Of a stretch of DNA of 64,000 nucleotides, positions 24,819 through 38,445 are shown piece after piece. Location of the stretch: the NCBI GenBank assembly GCA_965113315.1, contig OZ220367.1, one strand, 5' to 3'. The notes beneath the pieces were generated by a model. That model was given only the letters and a program-made list of their open reading frames with translations, did no database searches and was not told the DNA's origin. The stretch's first letter is position 1, and each line of letters begins with the position of its first letter. The position numbers and the translations under genes are program-made. This DNA is from Podarcis vaucheri (taxonomy: Eukaryota).

Positions 24819-25919
24819 TGTATGATGCTTTCAATGGGGAAAAAACCCAGCCTCTGATCACATGTATGTGAAGGGGTCTAATGGTTTTAGAGGAGGGATC
24901 AGAGCTGCTGCTCTCTTACTTCTGAACAGAACAACACCCTGTAGCACCATCCCTGGGACTTGGGTAAATGGGCAGTGTGCTGTGCACACACACCAACATC
25001 ACTAAAATCAGAGCTGAAGGATCTACTAGTGACAGGCTTGTCCTTTCCCCTGCATTATATTATGGGAACTATTCATTCCCCCTGTTTAAAATGTTCAGTG
25101 TGCTACACACACACACAACCATTCTTCAAAATAAATTAAAGGGTTCAACATAACTAAAAATGCAGGTGTCAGTTTTATACAGGTGGCATTAATTTCAAAT
25201 GTCAGATTTCTCCCCTTTATCCCTGTAGCATAAATGTCAACAGCATTTCTTTCCTCTGAATCTGTTCCACCCAGAGGAACTGAAATTGGCTCATCATATC
25301 CCCATCAAACTTTGTATAGTAAAAACTCCACTGGCTAATGCTATGGTTAGGTTTTTCCAAGTGCAACTGCATCAATTGCAGCCTATCTGCTCCTGGTCAA
25401 GACCTATGAATAAATCACAGAATCAAGGAGGGAAGGGGATTGAGTATAAAAAATCAACACCTACAGTACACTTGAAATAAACTTGCCTTGGAGTTGCTGC
25501 AAGGGTGGCTGGGACTCGCAAATGCACACCTGCCACCAATAATGGTCCTCTTAATCTTACCCACAGGGGGCAACATCCAATAAAATCAGTGGCTCACCAA
25601 AATTTACTCCAGGGGTTCCCCCTAATTCTCTGGAGCAGATTCAGAGGAAGGAAAATAGAAGCCCCATGACATGACCAATCACCCATTTGTGCTACATTCA
25701 GTGTCATCCAGGAAAATTCAGGTGGTGACTTACCATGTTGTTGTCATTGCAAACAGGACTCCAGGGTTGCCAAATGTTGTGGACTTCAGTTCCCATCATC
25801 CTTGACTGCTGGCCATGTTTGATGGGACCTGGAGTTCAACATCGCTTCTCCGACTTAAAAGTATTTCATATTGCAGCTGTAACAAGGGTTGGGGGGGAAT
25901 TCAACTCAGTTTGCATTTA

Positions 25920-26148
25920 CAGTGGTACCTTGGGTTAAGTACTTAATTCGTTCCGGAGGTCCGTACTTAACCTGAAACTGTTCTTAACCTGAAGCACCAC
26001 TTTAGCTAATGGGGCTTCCCGCTGCTGCCGCTGTGCAGCTGCTCCACGATTTCTGTTCTCATCCTGAAGCAAAGTTCTTAACCCGAGGTACTATTTCTGG
26101 ATTAGTGGAGTCTGTAACCTGAAGCGTATGTAACCTGACGTACCACTG
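25920..26148. mobile_element. MITE family A inserted in an older AT-rich element (~25885-26410)
   Basis: TA TSD. Flanks rebuild gcatt-ta-aagg as seen at 48430. Confidence 0.9.
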
Positions 26149-26460
26149 TAAAGGCAAACTTGCCAAATCAGCATTTTCTGAAACAATACATGCACTGAAA
26201 CACAGCCAGCCTTTGAAACTTGCACTTATCCAAGTTTTTTTCAAATTGCTTTGGAAAAAATGTATACAGTAGGCAAAATTGCATATATACATATCTATAT
26301 TGTGGGGGAAATCACACAAAAATGCTGATGAATTTTCTTGAGGGCTTAAAAAAATCACAAACCGATTTATAAATGTGGAGAACTGAATTTAAGATTGGGA
26401 AAATGAGAAATATCCAATTGCTTCAAGCTTCAGTCCAATTGATCAGTATTAATACCTGCA

Positions 26461-26641
26461 ATAAAGTTGCCTTCTGCTATTGGTCCATCTAACAGAGTAT
26501 AGTCTGTGATGACTGGCAGCAGCTCTCCTGGGTTTCAGACAGAGCTTCTATCCCACTAGTACTTGGAGATGCTGGAGATGGAACCTGAGACCTTTGGCAT
26601 GCAAAGCAGATGCTCTTCCACTGAGCGATGGCCCTTTCCCC
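26461..26641 (-). mobile_element. tRNA-derived SINE (Squam2-like)
   Basis: Same family as 24631-24818. Confidence 0.75.
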
Positions 26642-27244
26642 AACATCTGCTAGTGCTGCCTTGGCTTGTGAGACAAAGGGCAACTCATAAATAACATTAT
26701 AAAACTGGGCTCAGGTTTTCTGGTTCTTAAAGGCAGTAAACCCAGTTGGATAGGTGCAAATAGTTATAACGCAACCTTAGAGAAGTATAGAAAGGGATTT
26801 GTCAAAGGGATATATAATCTGGTAACAAAATTACTCTAAACTATCCTATGTGATTAAGATTTATTACAGAGACTTATTGCAATGATCACGTGCCGATTCC
26901 CCCCGCTCCCCCAATGTGGATTTTATGAGGATAACACAGTTAGATTTTGTGGCTTGATAACCATGGGCTTTTCTGTCTTTGAAATGGTATTCCTTTTGTT
27001 AATTGCACTTCCCCTCATAAAGTGAGCAGCAGAAACAATAATGATAGCACAAGGTTAAACTTGTTATGAGGAAATTATACTTGGTAATGACTAGAACGTT
27101 GGGTTTTTTTAAAAAAAAAAAGAAGAAGAAGAATCCATTTCCCATTTCAGAACTGAGTGTGTGGGACTAGAGAACAACAGCCAGAATACATTGCATTTAA
27201 GATCCATGGCACATCTCTTCTTTTATGAAGTGCAGCCTGGTGAG

Positions 27245-27537
27245 TGTTAAGTTGTGGGCGAACATATCAGACGACACAGTGATTCTTCCAAAGCAGCTCT
27301 TTATTTGTAAGCTGGAACAGAACTGAACTGAGGAGCTCAGTCAGCCTGCTTATACAGAGCTCCACTAGAATGCAACAGTAACCATTTTCTGTAACTAGCC
27401 AATCACTGAACGTCACTTTTGATCCTTCATTTGCATACAAACTATCCAATCACTGAACGTCACTTTCGATGCTTCATTTGCATAACTATCTACAGTATCC
27501 CCCTGCTGGCCCAGGGTGAGAACTTCAGTACATAACA
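27245..27537 (-). mobile_element. Solo LTR
   Basis: tgtta...taaca inverted termini. Perfect 5-bp TSD gtgag (27240-27244, 27538-27542). TATAA and AATAAA on the minus strand. Confidence 0.92.
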
Positions 27538-27907
27538 GTGAGGACTGGAGAAGCATGGTCTGGCTATTTCTCCAAGGCATCTGCATTAGGCCTGGATGTT
27601 TCCCCATCCCAGGGAAAATGTCTTGGGCTGGCCCTGCTCCATCCACCACTAACAGCTTAGGGGGTGATCTGGATCAGGGTCATGGCCAGGCAGATATTAT
27701 TAGACTCCCCTCTCCCAGTGTTTCAGCCCAATTTCCAAATCAGAGCATCATGTGTCAGGGGATTCAATCAAGGGTCATATGTACTACCCTACATGACTCG
27801 CAACACCCTACCAGAACAATTTCTTGAATTCATAACTGCACAGGCTTCTACCCAAAGTAGTGCTAAGTCACAGTCCCATGAATGCAAGGATTTCCGTGTG
27901 TACTATG

Positions 27908-28076
27908 CAGTGGCATAGCGTGGGGGTGCAGGGAGGGGGCGGCCACACTGGGCGCAACATCTGGAGGTTAGGGTTAGGGGGCGCAAATCCACGGGTTAGG
28001 GGGCACAAATCCACGGGTTAGGGGGCGCAAATTACTTGCCTTGCCCCGGGTGCTGACAACCCACGCTACGCCACTG
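27908..28076. mobile_element. hAT MITE with G-rich internal repeats
   Basis: TIR cagtggcatagcgtggg / cccacgctacgccactg. TSD gtactatg/gtactata. Confidence 0.88.
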
Positions 28077-30448
28077 GTACTATAGGGTTTCCCTCTTTCC
28101 TCCCATTGTGAACCCCCTAAATCTGTTCTAGAAGTTTCCCCAACTGTACAGAGCAGAATTGGAGAGGGCTGTGCATGTAGAGTGGAGAAAGCCCCATTGC
28201 ACAATTTCAGATTTTTGCGCTGGTCGACCGTGTCCCTTGGATACCACCCACAGAAACTGTTTGGTTTCTAAATCCAGGCTCACAGACCCTTTGCACTCTC
28301 TAAGCTAATCCAGTCAGGGATCTCCTATTTAATATCTAGTTTGGGCCTAGCCCACCTTTGCAGTATCGAGTCAAAAACAGGCTTTACCCAATATTCATGT
28401 CGCTGTGATTCCTTTCCTACCACCTATGTCTGGCTTCCCTCTTCTGTTCCTCATTTTGGCCCTTTCATGACCCATGGCGGTCTGCTGCAAAGGCAGCAAA
28501 GGGCAACAGGTGCTTGTGCTGATTTGGGCCTCGATCCAGCATGCAGATAAGTGCACCAATATTCCATTGATTTCAGGCTGCAGGAGTCAATAGTGGCTGA
28601 GCTAGAAATAGCAAGCACTAATTTAATAGACAGAGCCAAGAGAAACCGACTGTGACCCAGGGCACTTCTAAGAATACAATAGTGCAGTTCCCATTCCCTC
28701 ACTGAAGACAAGGGGGGAAAGGTCCCATTTGAATGCTGATTGATAACAGCTTCTCACTGTATGGTTTTGTGCACAGCAAGGGACAAAAAGCAAACAAACT
28801 AAACACCTAACATGGAGAAGAATTTACCAGTAATTTCAGGTAATGGTACACATTATCATTATCATTATCATCATTATTACTATTGATCTTTCATCACTTT
28901 CTAAACCACCATCTCCAGGTGATTTACACATAACCGCTTAAAAACAGCTAAAACATAAAAACAACAAATACATTTAAAATAAGTCAAGAGGTCACTCTTG
29001 GTAAAGACCCATGTATTCAACAGGGAAAGCCACCCCCACTTAATATGAATTCTCCTAGATTATTGGTGGAGTTGTGGTTAATGAGAAAATGAAAGCAGAC
29101 ATAACCGCTCCCTGGAATTATAGCTTTTTGACCAACATGCTGTTATGTTGCACTAAATTTAATTCATACCAGTGAATGTGTTATGACACAACAACTTATG
29201 TTAATGGACACTTTCAGTACTCCTCCACCAATTCCACATATGTGTGCTTCTGTTTTCCCATCATTCGCCCATGAAAGTGGCAGGAAAGAAATGTACTGTA
29301 TGCTGGTATACCACACCAATTTTCGTGACTTTACTCTGGAAATCTTCTGGGTTAATTAGGTAGCACGTTGGGTTTTTTCTGGAAGCAATTAACACAGAAG
29401 TGAGTGCACAACGTCTGCTAGATTTCCAGCTTTTGCGTCATGTGAAAACTCAAATGTAACTGGGAATTTAAGAGTTAGGGAAATGTCAGGGAAATGGCAT
29501 AGACTGCAGTGTGAACGCAGCCAATATCTGCTCCCAAGCTCAGATAACAACCATAAATTGTCAATGAAAACCAGACTCACAAAGTGAGGGGGCTTAAATG
29601 CAAATCTCAGCACTAGAATTCATAAACTCTTTTAACAGGCCCACGTTTGAAAAGCAGACGCAACAGCAGAAAAGATACTAAACTAATGCCATTGCTTAAA
29701 TGAATATTCTGTGCTCCGGGTACATGCACTCACACCCTTTGGCAGCTGAAAGAAAACTTGTGAATGATATGGAGCTGAAAGAGTGGCAGGAGAAAGGAGA
29801 CATAAATTTATGATAGACAGGTGGAGATTTCCTTTCATTAGTTATGACATTTGCATTCTACAAAATAGGCAGTTCTGTAAATTTGTTGTCATTTTCAGAC
29901 TATAATGCTGTTGATAAAATAGCTTGCCTGGTAATGACTGGCAGCTGAATTGAGGGCACACCACTGCAAAGGAGGCGCAGAACAACGGCAGCCACTTATT
30001 AAGGCCGCGTTTGGATGACAGCTGTTCTAGATGCTTATGGTTAACAAGCAACTACCTGGGGGTGGCAGGGGGCGGGAAGAAGCACCCACTAAATGAACCT
30101 TCAAACTCCAAGGAAAAGTTCACACGCTTAGCATGAGAAATACCCTGGTTTATAAAATACCAAAGAATGGAAAATAAACATCTAAAATCAGGACACATTG
30201 GGGGGAAATGAAAATACAAACACCAGGTGTTTATTGATATTGAAGAGGTCAGGGGGGGGAGCTACAGAGGAACATGGAGTGGGCCCCCCATAAGATAACC
30301 AATCTCAGGGTGTCACATGCCCTCCAACATTTCTCCAATGAAAATAGGGGCGTCCTATTCCACAATAATAATAATGTTATGATTTTTACTCTACCCATCT
30401 GACTGGGTTGCTCCAGCCACTCTGGGTGGCTTTCTACATACATAAAAA

Positions 30449-30973
30449 CAGTGGGGGGTTTTCTGGGAGGACGCAGGGGGACGCATACCCCTAAAAAAAT
30501 TGTGAATCTTTGTACTTTTGTTCATTTACTGCATTTATTTTCCCCGATTTGAACTATAAAATGGTGAATTTCTTCAGTCAAAATTAAAGTAAAGAGCCAT
30601 TAGGTCCAGTAGTGACCGACTCTGGGGTTGCGCCGCTCATCTCGCTTTATTGGCCGAGGGAGCTGGCGTGCAGCTTCCGGGTCATGTGGCCAGCATGACT
30701 AAGCCGCTTCTGGTGAACCAGAGCAGCGCACGGAAACGCCGTTTACCTTCCCGCTGGAGCGGTACCTATTTATCTACTTGTACTTCGAAATGCTTTTGAA
30801 CTGCTAGGTTGGCAGAAGCAGGGACCGAGCAACGGGAGCTCACCCCGACGCGGGAATTCGAACCACCGACCTTCTGATTGGCAAGTCCTAGGCTCTGTGG
30901 TTTAACCCACAGCACCACCCGTGTCCCTCAAAGTTAAAGTACCCCTAAATATTTTTTGAGGGGGGAAACACTG
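30449..30973. mobile_element. hAT MITE containing a Sauria SINE
   Basis: cagtg...cactg termini. TSD cataaaaa/tataaaaa. Confidence 0.85.
30592..30927 (-). mobile_element. Sauria SINE, near full length
   Basis: tRNA head gggacacgggtggtgctgtgg on the minus strand. 14-bp TSD tcaaaattaaagta/tcaaagttaaagta. Confidence 0.92.
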
Positions 30974-32632
30974 TATAAAAACATAACAAAACATTAAACA
31001 TTTAAAAAGTTCCCTGTACAGGGTTGCCTTCAGATGTCTTCTAGATCGCTGTGGTTCGGGGGATTCATATTGTCCAAAGGGAAAGTGGGACGTTATGGGA
31101 TTGAATCAGAAACCGGGACAGCTTCTGTAAATCTGGAACTGTCCCTGAAAAATAGGGACACTTGGAGGGTCTGCAGACATTGCAGATTGAACCTGGGATC
31201 TTCTGCATGCAAAGCAGAGATGGTCTTAGAATTGATATTTGGCCCTTTCCCATCTGCATCACCCACTGATAATACACATCCTCTGCAGGTATTATCCACC
31301 ATGAACATACAAGAAACATTTAATAACCTGGAGAGCATTGCACTGGATCCTCAGCATTATTCACCTTCCAAATATATACAACATCCTTGTAGCTACCAGC
31401 TTGATGTAAGCCTAATAAATTTTCTCTTAACCATTTCTTGTTGCCCAGTTTAGTTCTGTTGTTTAACAAAGAACTCACCTGATTCTTTTTTTTAAAAAAA
31501 AGACCTTGCAGTTTAAGATTAGAAAAGCTTCTTAAATGCTGTTACAATTTTAACAGCACTGATAGCAGAAGAAAGTAAATTTTGATTTCAACACGCAAAC
31601 ACACCAAACAAACGCTTTTGGTACTTAACTGCGCACAAAAAAATTAATTTATGGGTCTTGGGTGTCCCTGCTATTTGTAATGCAAATGCTCTATTTAAAA
31701 AAAGCAGCTAAAAATGAGTGCTATTAACTATTCATTTCAAGTATCCAAACTTTATTCTAAATGGTTACGCCTGCTAGCTATTGGGAAGAACTTATAAATA
31801 TGCAATTTAAGCAAAAAAGAAAGAAAGAAATCCCATATAAAAATGCACAAGGGGAAAAAACCACACAATAAAAATAGACATTAGGATTCCACTCCTAGCT
31901 ATTTTCAGCCACCCGATGATTGCTGTTCAATTCCTCCCCCGTTCTCAGGCAGTGGCACTTAGTTCAGTTTGTTTATGAGGATTTTCCTCCTCATAACAAA
32001 ATCATTCAAACAGAAATGAAGTAGTCCTAGTAATCAAAGGCCTGTTTATTGTTCCTTGAAATCAAGGAGCACTCCATTCTTATTCACGCTAGGCTCTGCC
32101 AGACAGTTTGGCGAGAGTGGGGGCGAGGGAAAGGTTGAAAATAGCTTCCACATGTGAGACTTGGGCAGCTCAGATTTTTAAAAACAACAGCAAAAAACCC
32201 AAAATTCTCCTCACAAATTGGCAAAACTTGCAAAACTCCAAAATTACGTTCTCGTTTTATTTTGCCCCCAGCTTTATTGTTTATGGATACAATTGAATTT
32301 AGGGATTTTAATGGTGGTGGTGTAGCGGGGACAACATTGGACTATATTCAACTAAGTCACACTCAGAATCCATAGATCCATTGCAATCAAAGCACTTGAA
32401 TTCATCACATCTGCTAATATGGATGGGTCTACTCTGAGTAAGGCATAGCAAACTGATATTTCTTTAAAAGCACTAGTGGGACTTAAGTTTCTGGGCACAC
32501 TCCCATTCCAACAGAGTGATCTTGTCTGATTCCATGTGTCTTGGAATATGAGCTGAGCTCCCATGCAGGGATTTACAAACTCCTAGAGATGTGCTGTGGC
32601 CGAAATCCTGTCCTCTAACATGTCTCAGGATT

Positions 32633-32985
32633 GGGATGCAGGTGGCGCTGTGGTCTAAACCACTGAGCCTAGGGCTTGCCGATCGGAAGGTCAGCGGTTT
32701 GAATCCCTGCGAAGGGGTGAGCTCCCGTTGCTCGGTCCCAGCTCCTGTCAACCTAGCAGTTCGAAAGCACCTCGAAGTGCAAGTAGATAAATAGGTCGGG
32801 AAGGTAAATGGCATTTCCATGCGCTGCTCTGGTTCGCCAGAAGCGGTTTAGTCATGCTGGCTACATGACCTGGAAAAACTGTCTGCAGACAAACGTTGGC
32901 TCCCTCGGCCAGTAAAGCGAGATGAGCGCCGCAACCCCAAAGTCATTCACAACTGGACTTAACTGTCAGGGGTCCTTTACCTTTT
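32633..32985 (+). mobile_element. Sauria SINE, full length
   Basis: gggatgcaggtggcgctgtggtctaaacc...ggtttgaatccc...gtcctttacctttt. Confidence 0.92.
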
Positions 32986-33876
32986 AGGTCATTATCTTGG
33001 GTTTTCAATATCCAAGATATTTATTTTCATTTTTCACCTAACAGAGGCAAGTTACATGTGGAGGCTTTCTAACATTATCTGAAATTTGCCTTACTGGTAT
33101 GAGACTTGATGAAATATATGTAATAGCTACGCTTTGCCTCAGCCTTAAGGCTGAGAGGTGAACAACGTTAATGTAATTACTTCAAGAATGTTAATTCCCT
33201 CCTTGCTGGCCCAGAGAGGAATGAAGATTTCAGTTTCCCAATTCAGAAGGGATGGATGATGGCAGGAGACGCACACTGTAGGGTCCCTTATCAGGCATTG
33301 GCATCACTGTGGTCTTAGCTTATCACCATGTCTCTGGGGTCTTGCTCTTCCTTAAAATTCAGCTGAAAAGAAAGGACCAGTTTTGCACTAAATTTCTCAT
33401 AAAAGTCCACAGGGATGACAACTATCCCAGGGATTTGCCATTCATCCAATTCTTAATTACTTCAACAACCTTGTCTTCTGTCACTACTCCTTCAAGAAAG
33501 TCCTTTTGCCCTTGGCACAGGGATTTAGTTAAATTCTTCTGAAGATGTCTTATTATTTCCTCCCTACAGGTCTTACTGAACTAAACAGGGCATTGCAACA
33601 CGCCTTGAAAAACGCCACAATATCTGTAGTTTTGATTAGCTGCGTAATGCCCTTTCTAGCCTTTAGAAGGGGCATTTGCACCTTTCTTCATTTTGGGGGC
33701 CTGCTTTCTGGCCCCAAGCCTGTGTGATTTTGCTCCCATTTTGTTGAAGGCTCGTTGCAAATCTAGGAGTGCCTTAAGGCATTTGGTTGTGTCATCCTCA
33801 CCTCTAATTTCTTTCTCCTTTACACCATGGAACCCTTTCTGTAGTGTCACAATTTGAATTGTTTCATTCTTTCTAG

Positions 33877-34152
33877 CAGAGGCGCCAACTTGTGAGGGAG
33901 ATTGGGAGGGGGCGATGTCATGTGTGTGACAAGGTCCCTTCAGGCTGAAGGAGCCAGGCATGGCTTCAATGGCTGGCAGCTCCACCTCCTAATGCTGTGG
34001 CCGCCACATCTTCCACCCTCCTTCTCCTCCACGGCAGGAGGAGGAGCCGGCCACTGAAGTCCTGCTGCCACTGCATTCCTGGCTCTTCTGACCTCACACA
34101 ATTTTTTTTTTTTTAACATTGGGGAAGGCCCAAAAGGGAGTTGGCGCCCCTG
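33877..34152. mobile_element. Non-autonomous hAT element
   Basis: TIR cagaggcgccaact / agttggcgcccctg. Perfect TSD ctttctag. Confidence 0.9.
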
Positions 34153-36055
34153 CTTTCTAGAAACTCAAACCTCTTCTATTATTTTTGTAACTTGCAAAAA
34201 AGGAAGGTAGATGGGTGCAATGCTAATGTTATAAATGTGAAACCAATGTGTCTGTACAGATGCATATTTCTGTTATTAAAAGTTATTTTATTCAATTATT
34301 GAAAAGCAAGCAAACAGTAATCTACCACAGCAACAGAGGCAGGGATGGAATGGGGCAGGGGTGTTTTGTGTGTGTCAGTCCAGCCTATCATCTAGTTGTA
34401 TATCTTGGGGTCTCAGTATTTTAGCCTCTTAACGGTGTTCGGTTCCTTGGGTTGCATTCAACTAACTTATTCAGTGCAGACCCATTGGAGTTATGGACCC
34501 GAGTTCATCACGGTCATTAATTTCAGTGGGTTTGCTGTGAGTAAAAGTTAGTTAAATACAACCCTCAGTACCTAATTGTTTGTTAGTGTTAGAGTAACAG
34601 AAAATAATAGAAATATTTTTCAATTTTTAATTTTAATTTAAATAGTTATTTATTTTGGCTGTGTGTTTAGTTCACCTCTTAACCTGGATGCTGAATGAAT
34701 GCTGAATGATGGCCCTGCGAGGAACCACAACTTGATATAATGTGTTGGTTGCCTCATATCATTGGGTGTTGGGGGCTACCTTAATGAATTAGAACTCCCA
34801 CCCCTGAACAGACTGGGTGGGGGACGAGGAGACCCAGATTCAAATCCCTCACTCAGCTACATAGTAACTGGCTTAAGGTCCTGCCGTGAGCACTCTCTCA
34901 GCCTAACCTTGCTTCCAGGATTGCCGCGAGGATAAAACCTGCAGAGAACTTTTGAGCCAGTCTGAGCACGTCAGAGGCTACGTGGGATAAAAATGCAATA
35001 CATAAAATGCAAGCATAACATGTTCAAGTAACGGGACTCCAAGTAACGGGACCCCACCTAAAGACCCCCCTTTCCCCATATCTTCTTTTGATTGCTCTGC
35101 AATATACAAGAGCCTAGCAATTGTAATAATAGTTGGAGAAAGGTTAAGGACATATCTAGATCATACCCAGTTTTTTCCCCGTTTAGCTGTAAACAAGTAG
35201 TATGGAAAGCATCCCTGGGAGAGGCAGATAGCTCTCTCATTTTCTGTTATTCCTGCATCAATGCTCAAAAGCTGGTCAAGCGGAGTGCATGACTTCTTAC
35301 TGATCCTATGATTGCCTTTATCTACTGTCTAACATTTTAGGTGGGGGGGGGGGGAGAGAGCAGGCTAAGGCCCCAGACTACAGAGGCTGGATGTGCTGAA
35401 TGCTTGCATCTGTTGTCGGAATCAAGGTTAAAGACCATGCAGGACAAAAATAGGGGATTTGGGATAAATGGTATTTTTTGTAACCGGTGATAAGGACATT
35501 AATTCACATGCTCACAGTCCTTATTACATCCTTTCTCAAAAGGCAAAGCCCTGTGGCCAGCATGTGCTCTCTTCTGGCAACTGCACAGCAACCCAGCAAT
35601 TCAAGTGAATAATAATCAGGATATTGTGGCTTTCGCATTATTGTGTTCCTGGCTCAAAAAAGCCTCTCGCTTGAAAGATGTCTCTTATCAGCTTGGATAA
35701 TTAGCATGCATTCTGCCCACTGCCGCCGTTTGTTCTTTTTCCTCTTTAGCCGTGAGATTTAAAAAAATTAAGTTTCTGAGGGTCAGACCTGCATGAAATA
35801 AAGATGCTGTATACCCAACCTCAAGTTTCCAACCATTATGAAAGGCAACTCAAAAACTGTGGCAAGGCTAGTTCTTTTGTGCCAAGGTGATGGGTGCACC
35901 TTAGTTATATAGGGGGTGGCAAATATGGACAAATATCTAAAAAAAAAATGTTGCCAGCATGGAAAACTCTAGCAGGGGCTATTTCCAGATGTGATGAAGT
36001 CAGAGCAACAATAATGCAATACCATCTTATACAGCAGACAACTGAGGACGAAATA

Positions 36056-36819
36056 CAGTGGTACCTTGGTTTTAGAACAGTTTAGTAGTTATGGAAAACT
36101 TGGAAACAGAACGCTGCAAACCCGGAAGTAGGTGTTCCGGTTTGTGAACTTTGCCTTGGAAGCAGAACATGTTCTGCTTCCTGTTGAGGGTCTTCCGTTT
36201 GTAAACTGAGTCCCCCGCTGCTAATCAGAGGCTTCCTGTTGAGTTTGTTGGCTGTTGAGTCCCGAGCACCCACGCAACATGGATGTGATATTTGGAGCTT
36301 TTGTTTTTGCTATTTTTTGTGTTTTTGTTTGTGTGGCTTTTTGGGTTTTTTGACAGTGACTTTTTCTTTGTTTTATGGGACTGGCTTGTGACTTCGTTTT
36401 TGTAACTGTGGCTTGTGACTTCATTTTTGTGACTTGTTTTTGTGACGGTGTGGAACCCAGCTCAGCTACTGATTGGTTGTGTGACTGCAGAAATGGATAA
36501 AAGCTCCCCATCCAAACAATGACTATCATCAGGGCACGTAAAAAACAACAACAAAATTTAATTTTTATAATCTACAATACTGTCTTATTTATTTTATAGT
36601 ACAGTACATTGATTATTGCTTTCATTTTATGGATCAATTGTCTCATTAGATAGTAAAATTCATGTTAAATTGCTGATTTAGGGGTTGTTTTTAAAAGTCT
36701 GGAACGAATTAATCCATTTTGCATCGCTTTCAATGGGAAAGCGCTCCTTGGTTTTGGAACGCTTTGGTTTTGGAACAGACTTCCGGAACTGATTAAGTTT
36801 GGGAACCAAGGTACCACTG
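36056..36819. mobile_element. Tigger/pogo-like non-autonomous transposon (764 bp)
   Basis: TA|cagtggtaccttggtt ... aaccaaggtaccactg|TA. No transposase ORF recognised. Confidence 0.88.
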
Positions 36820-37714
36820 TAGTCCTTAATAAAAACAAAAGCAGAGTTAGTGGGAGGGAGGGCAAGGGGAATTAAATTTATCCAATGCTGCACATGTGGA
36901 GTTCTGCTTGTACAGTGGAACTTCCCTTTTCCATGACTCCCCCCCTCACACCCCCAAGAACTGTTCTAGAGTACCCCCCTACTTTCCAGAGCAGAATCTG
37001 AGGGTGCACAGAGGAGTCCAGGAGAAAAGAGAGGAAGGAAAATTTCCTTTGCATAGGCATCATGAGGCACAACACTACATTTTTTAAAAAATTAAGAATT
37101 CTTTATTACAATGAAATAATTAGCATATATACAAGCACTCCAATAATAAACCCTGAACAGGTCAAATTCTATGCATCATATAAAAACAATTTCTATACTG
37201 CCTTTTATGTAAACATCTCAAGACTCTGTACATTAAAACGTACTTACAGAATGAATTAAATAGCGGTCATTAGTCCAAAACAGAAATAGCAAGTTACTAC
37301 AGTCAACTGCTATCAATATCCAGCAAAGACCTGACATAATTAAGTTTTTAGCAGACACTGAGATGCCATAAATGTTGGCACCTGCCTCAGTTCATGGCGG
37401 GGGGTGTTTCTAAAGAGAAGGCACCACTATCAAAAACATTTCAACATATGCCCAGCACATTTGAACCCAAAGCTCTTCACCAATGGCCTAACAGAATATC
37501 AAACAAATTAAACACTGATTTCAACTACTACGGGGACAGCTGACAATATCAATTTGGCACAGGAAGATGAGCTTGAGACCCAGATTAATGAATATAGATG
37601 GGCTAGTATGTGGACTCACCTCCCCTTATGAACTGCCTCTGCCAAAACCCAAGGTGCAGTGCTAAAGACACTCTTTAGATGGCACTGGAGTCTTCCATTC
37701 ACATCAGCCATATA

Positions 37715-38445
37715 CCGTATTTTTCACTCCATAAGACGCTCCTGACCATAAGACACACCTAGTTTTTAGAGAGGGGAAAGCAAGGGGGGGGGAATCTGCG
37801 CAGAGCATGTAAGCAGCTCTCGCTTTTCTAGCTTTAAAGCAAGCAAAGCGAGAGCCGCTTACGTGGCTTCTCTCCCGCTTCGAGCAGCTCTCACTTGACT
37901 TGCCCATCCCTCCTCCCGCCTCGCTGTAAAAGAGGAGGAGACGCCACCAGGACAGGTGCTTGGCTTGCTTTATAGTGAGGCGGGAGGAGAGATGGGCAAG
38001 CAAAGTGAGAGCTGAACAAAGCGGGACAGAAGCCATGTAAGAGGCTCTCGCTTTGCTTGCTCCCATCCATCCCTCCTCCCACTTCGCTGAGAAGCCCGCA
38101 GAGCAAGAGGCGCTGCACAGCTCTTGCTCTTGCACTGCTGCCTTCAGTAGAGCAGTGCAGCACCTCTTGTTCTGCTGGCTTCCCAGAAAAGCAGGAGGAG
38201 GGACAGACAGGAGCCCTTACACGGACCCCCTTCTGTCCCTCTTCCCGCTTCGCTGCGAAGCCAGCAGAGCAAGAGCAACAGACGGGAGCTATGGCTCCAG
38301 CTGCGGAGGCATCTCTCAGCTCGTGACTGCAGCGGTAGCCAAGGGATCCCTCTGCTGCCCAGTGCATTCGCTCCATAGACGCACAGACATGTCCCCTTAA
38401 TTTTTAGGAGGAAAAAAAGTGCGTCTTATGGAGTGAAAAATACGG
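37715..38445. mobile_element. Tc2/pogo-like non-autonomous transposon (731 bp)
   Basis: TA|ccgtatttttcactccataagacgc ... gcgtcttatggagtgaaaaatacgg|TA (25-bp perfect TIR). GC-rich interior. Confidence 0.92.

Larger units (their letters stand above)
30363..31045 (-). mobile_element. L2-type 3' fragment split by a hAT MITE
   Basis: The two halves join to give the reverse complement of 19600-19745. Confidence 0.75.
30316..31173. mobile_element. TIR element (outer layer of a four-level nest)
   Basis: TIR catgccctccaa / ttggagggtctg. aaataggg(ac) subterminal motifs at both ends. Confidence 0.6.

Noticed and set aside
35026-35052. Short direct duplications (also 43123-43152 and 46177-46207)
   Set aside because: Ordinary ~15-bp slippage duplications with no further structure.
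36221-36529. Lys/Thr/Gln-rich ORF as a transposase remnant
   Set aside because: Reverse translation of a T/G-rich low-complexity tract; no DDE or HTH motif.
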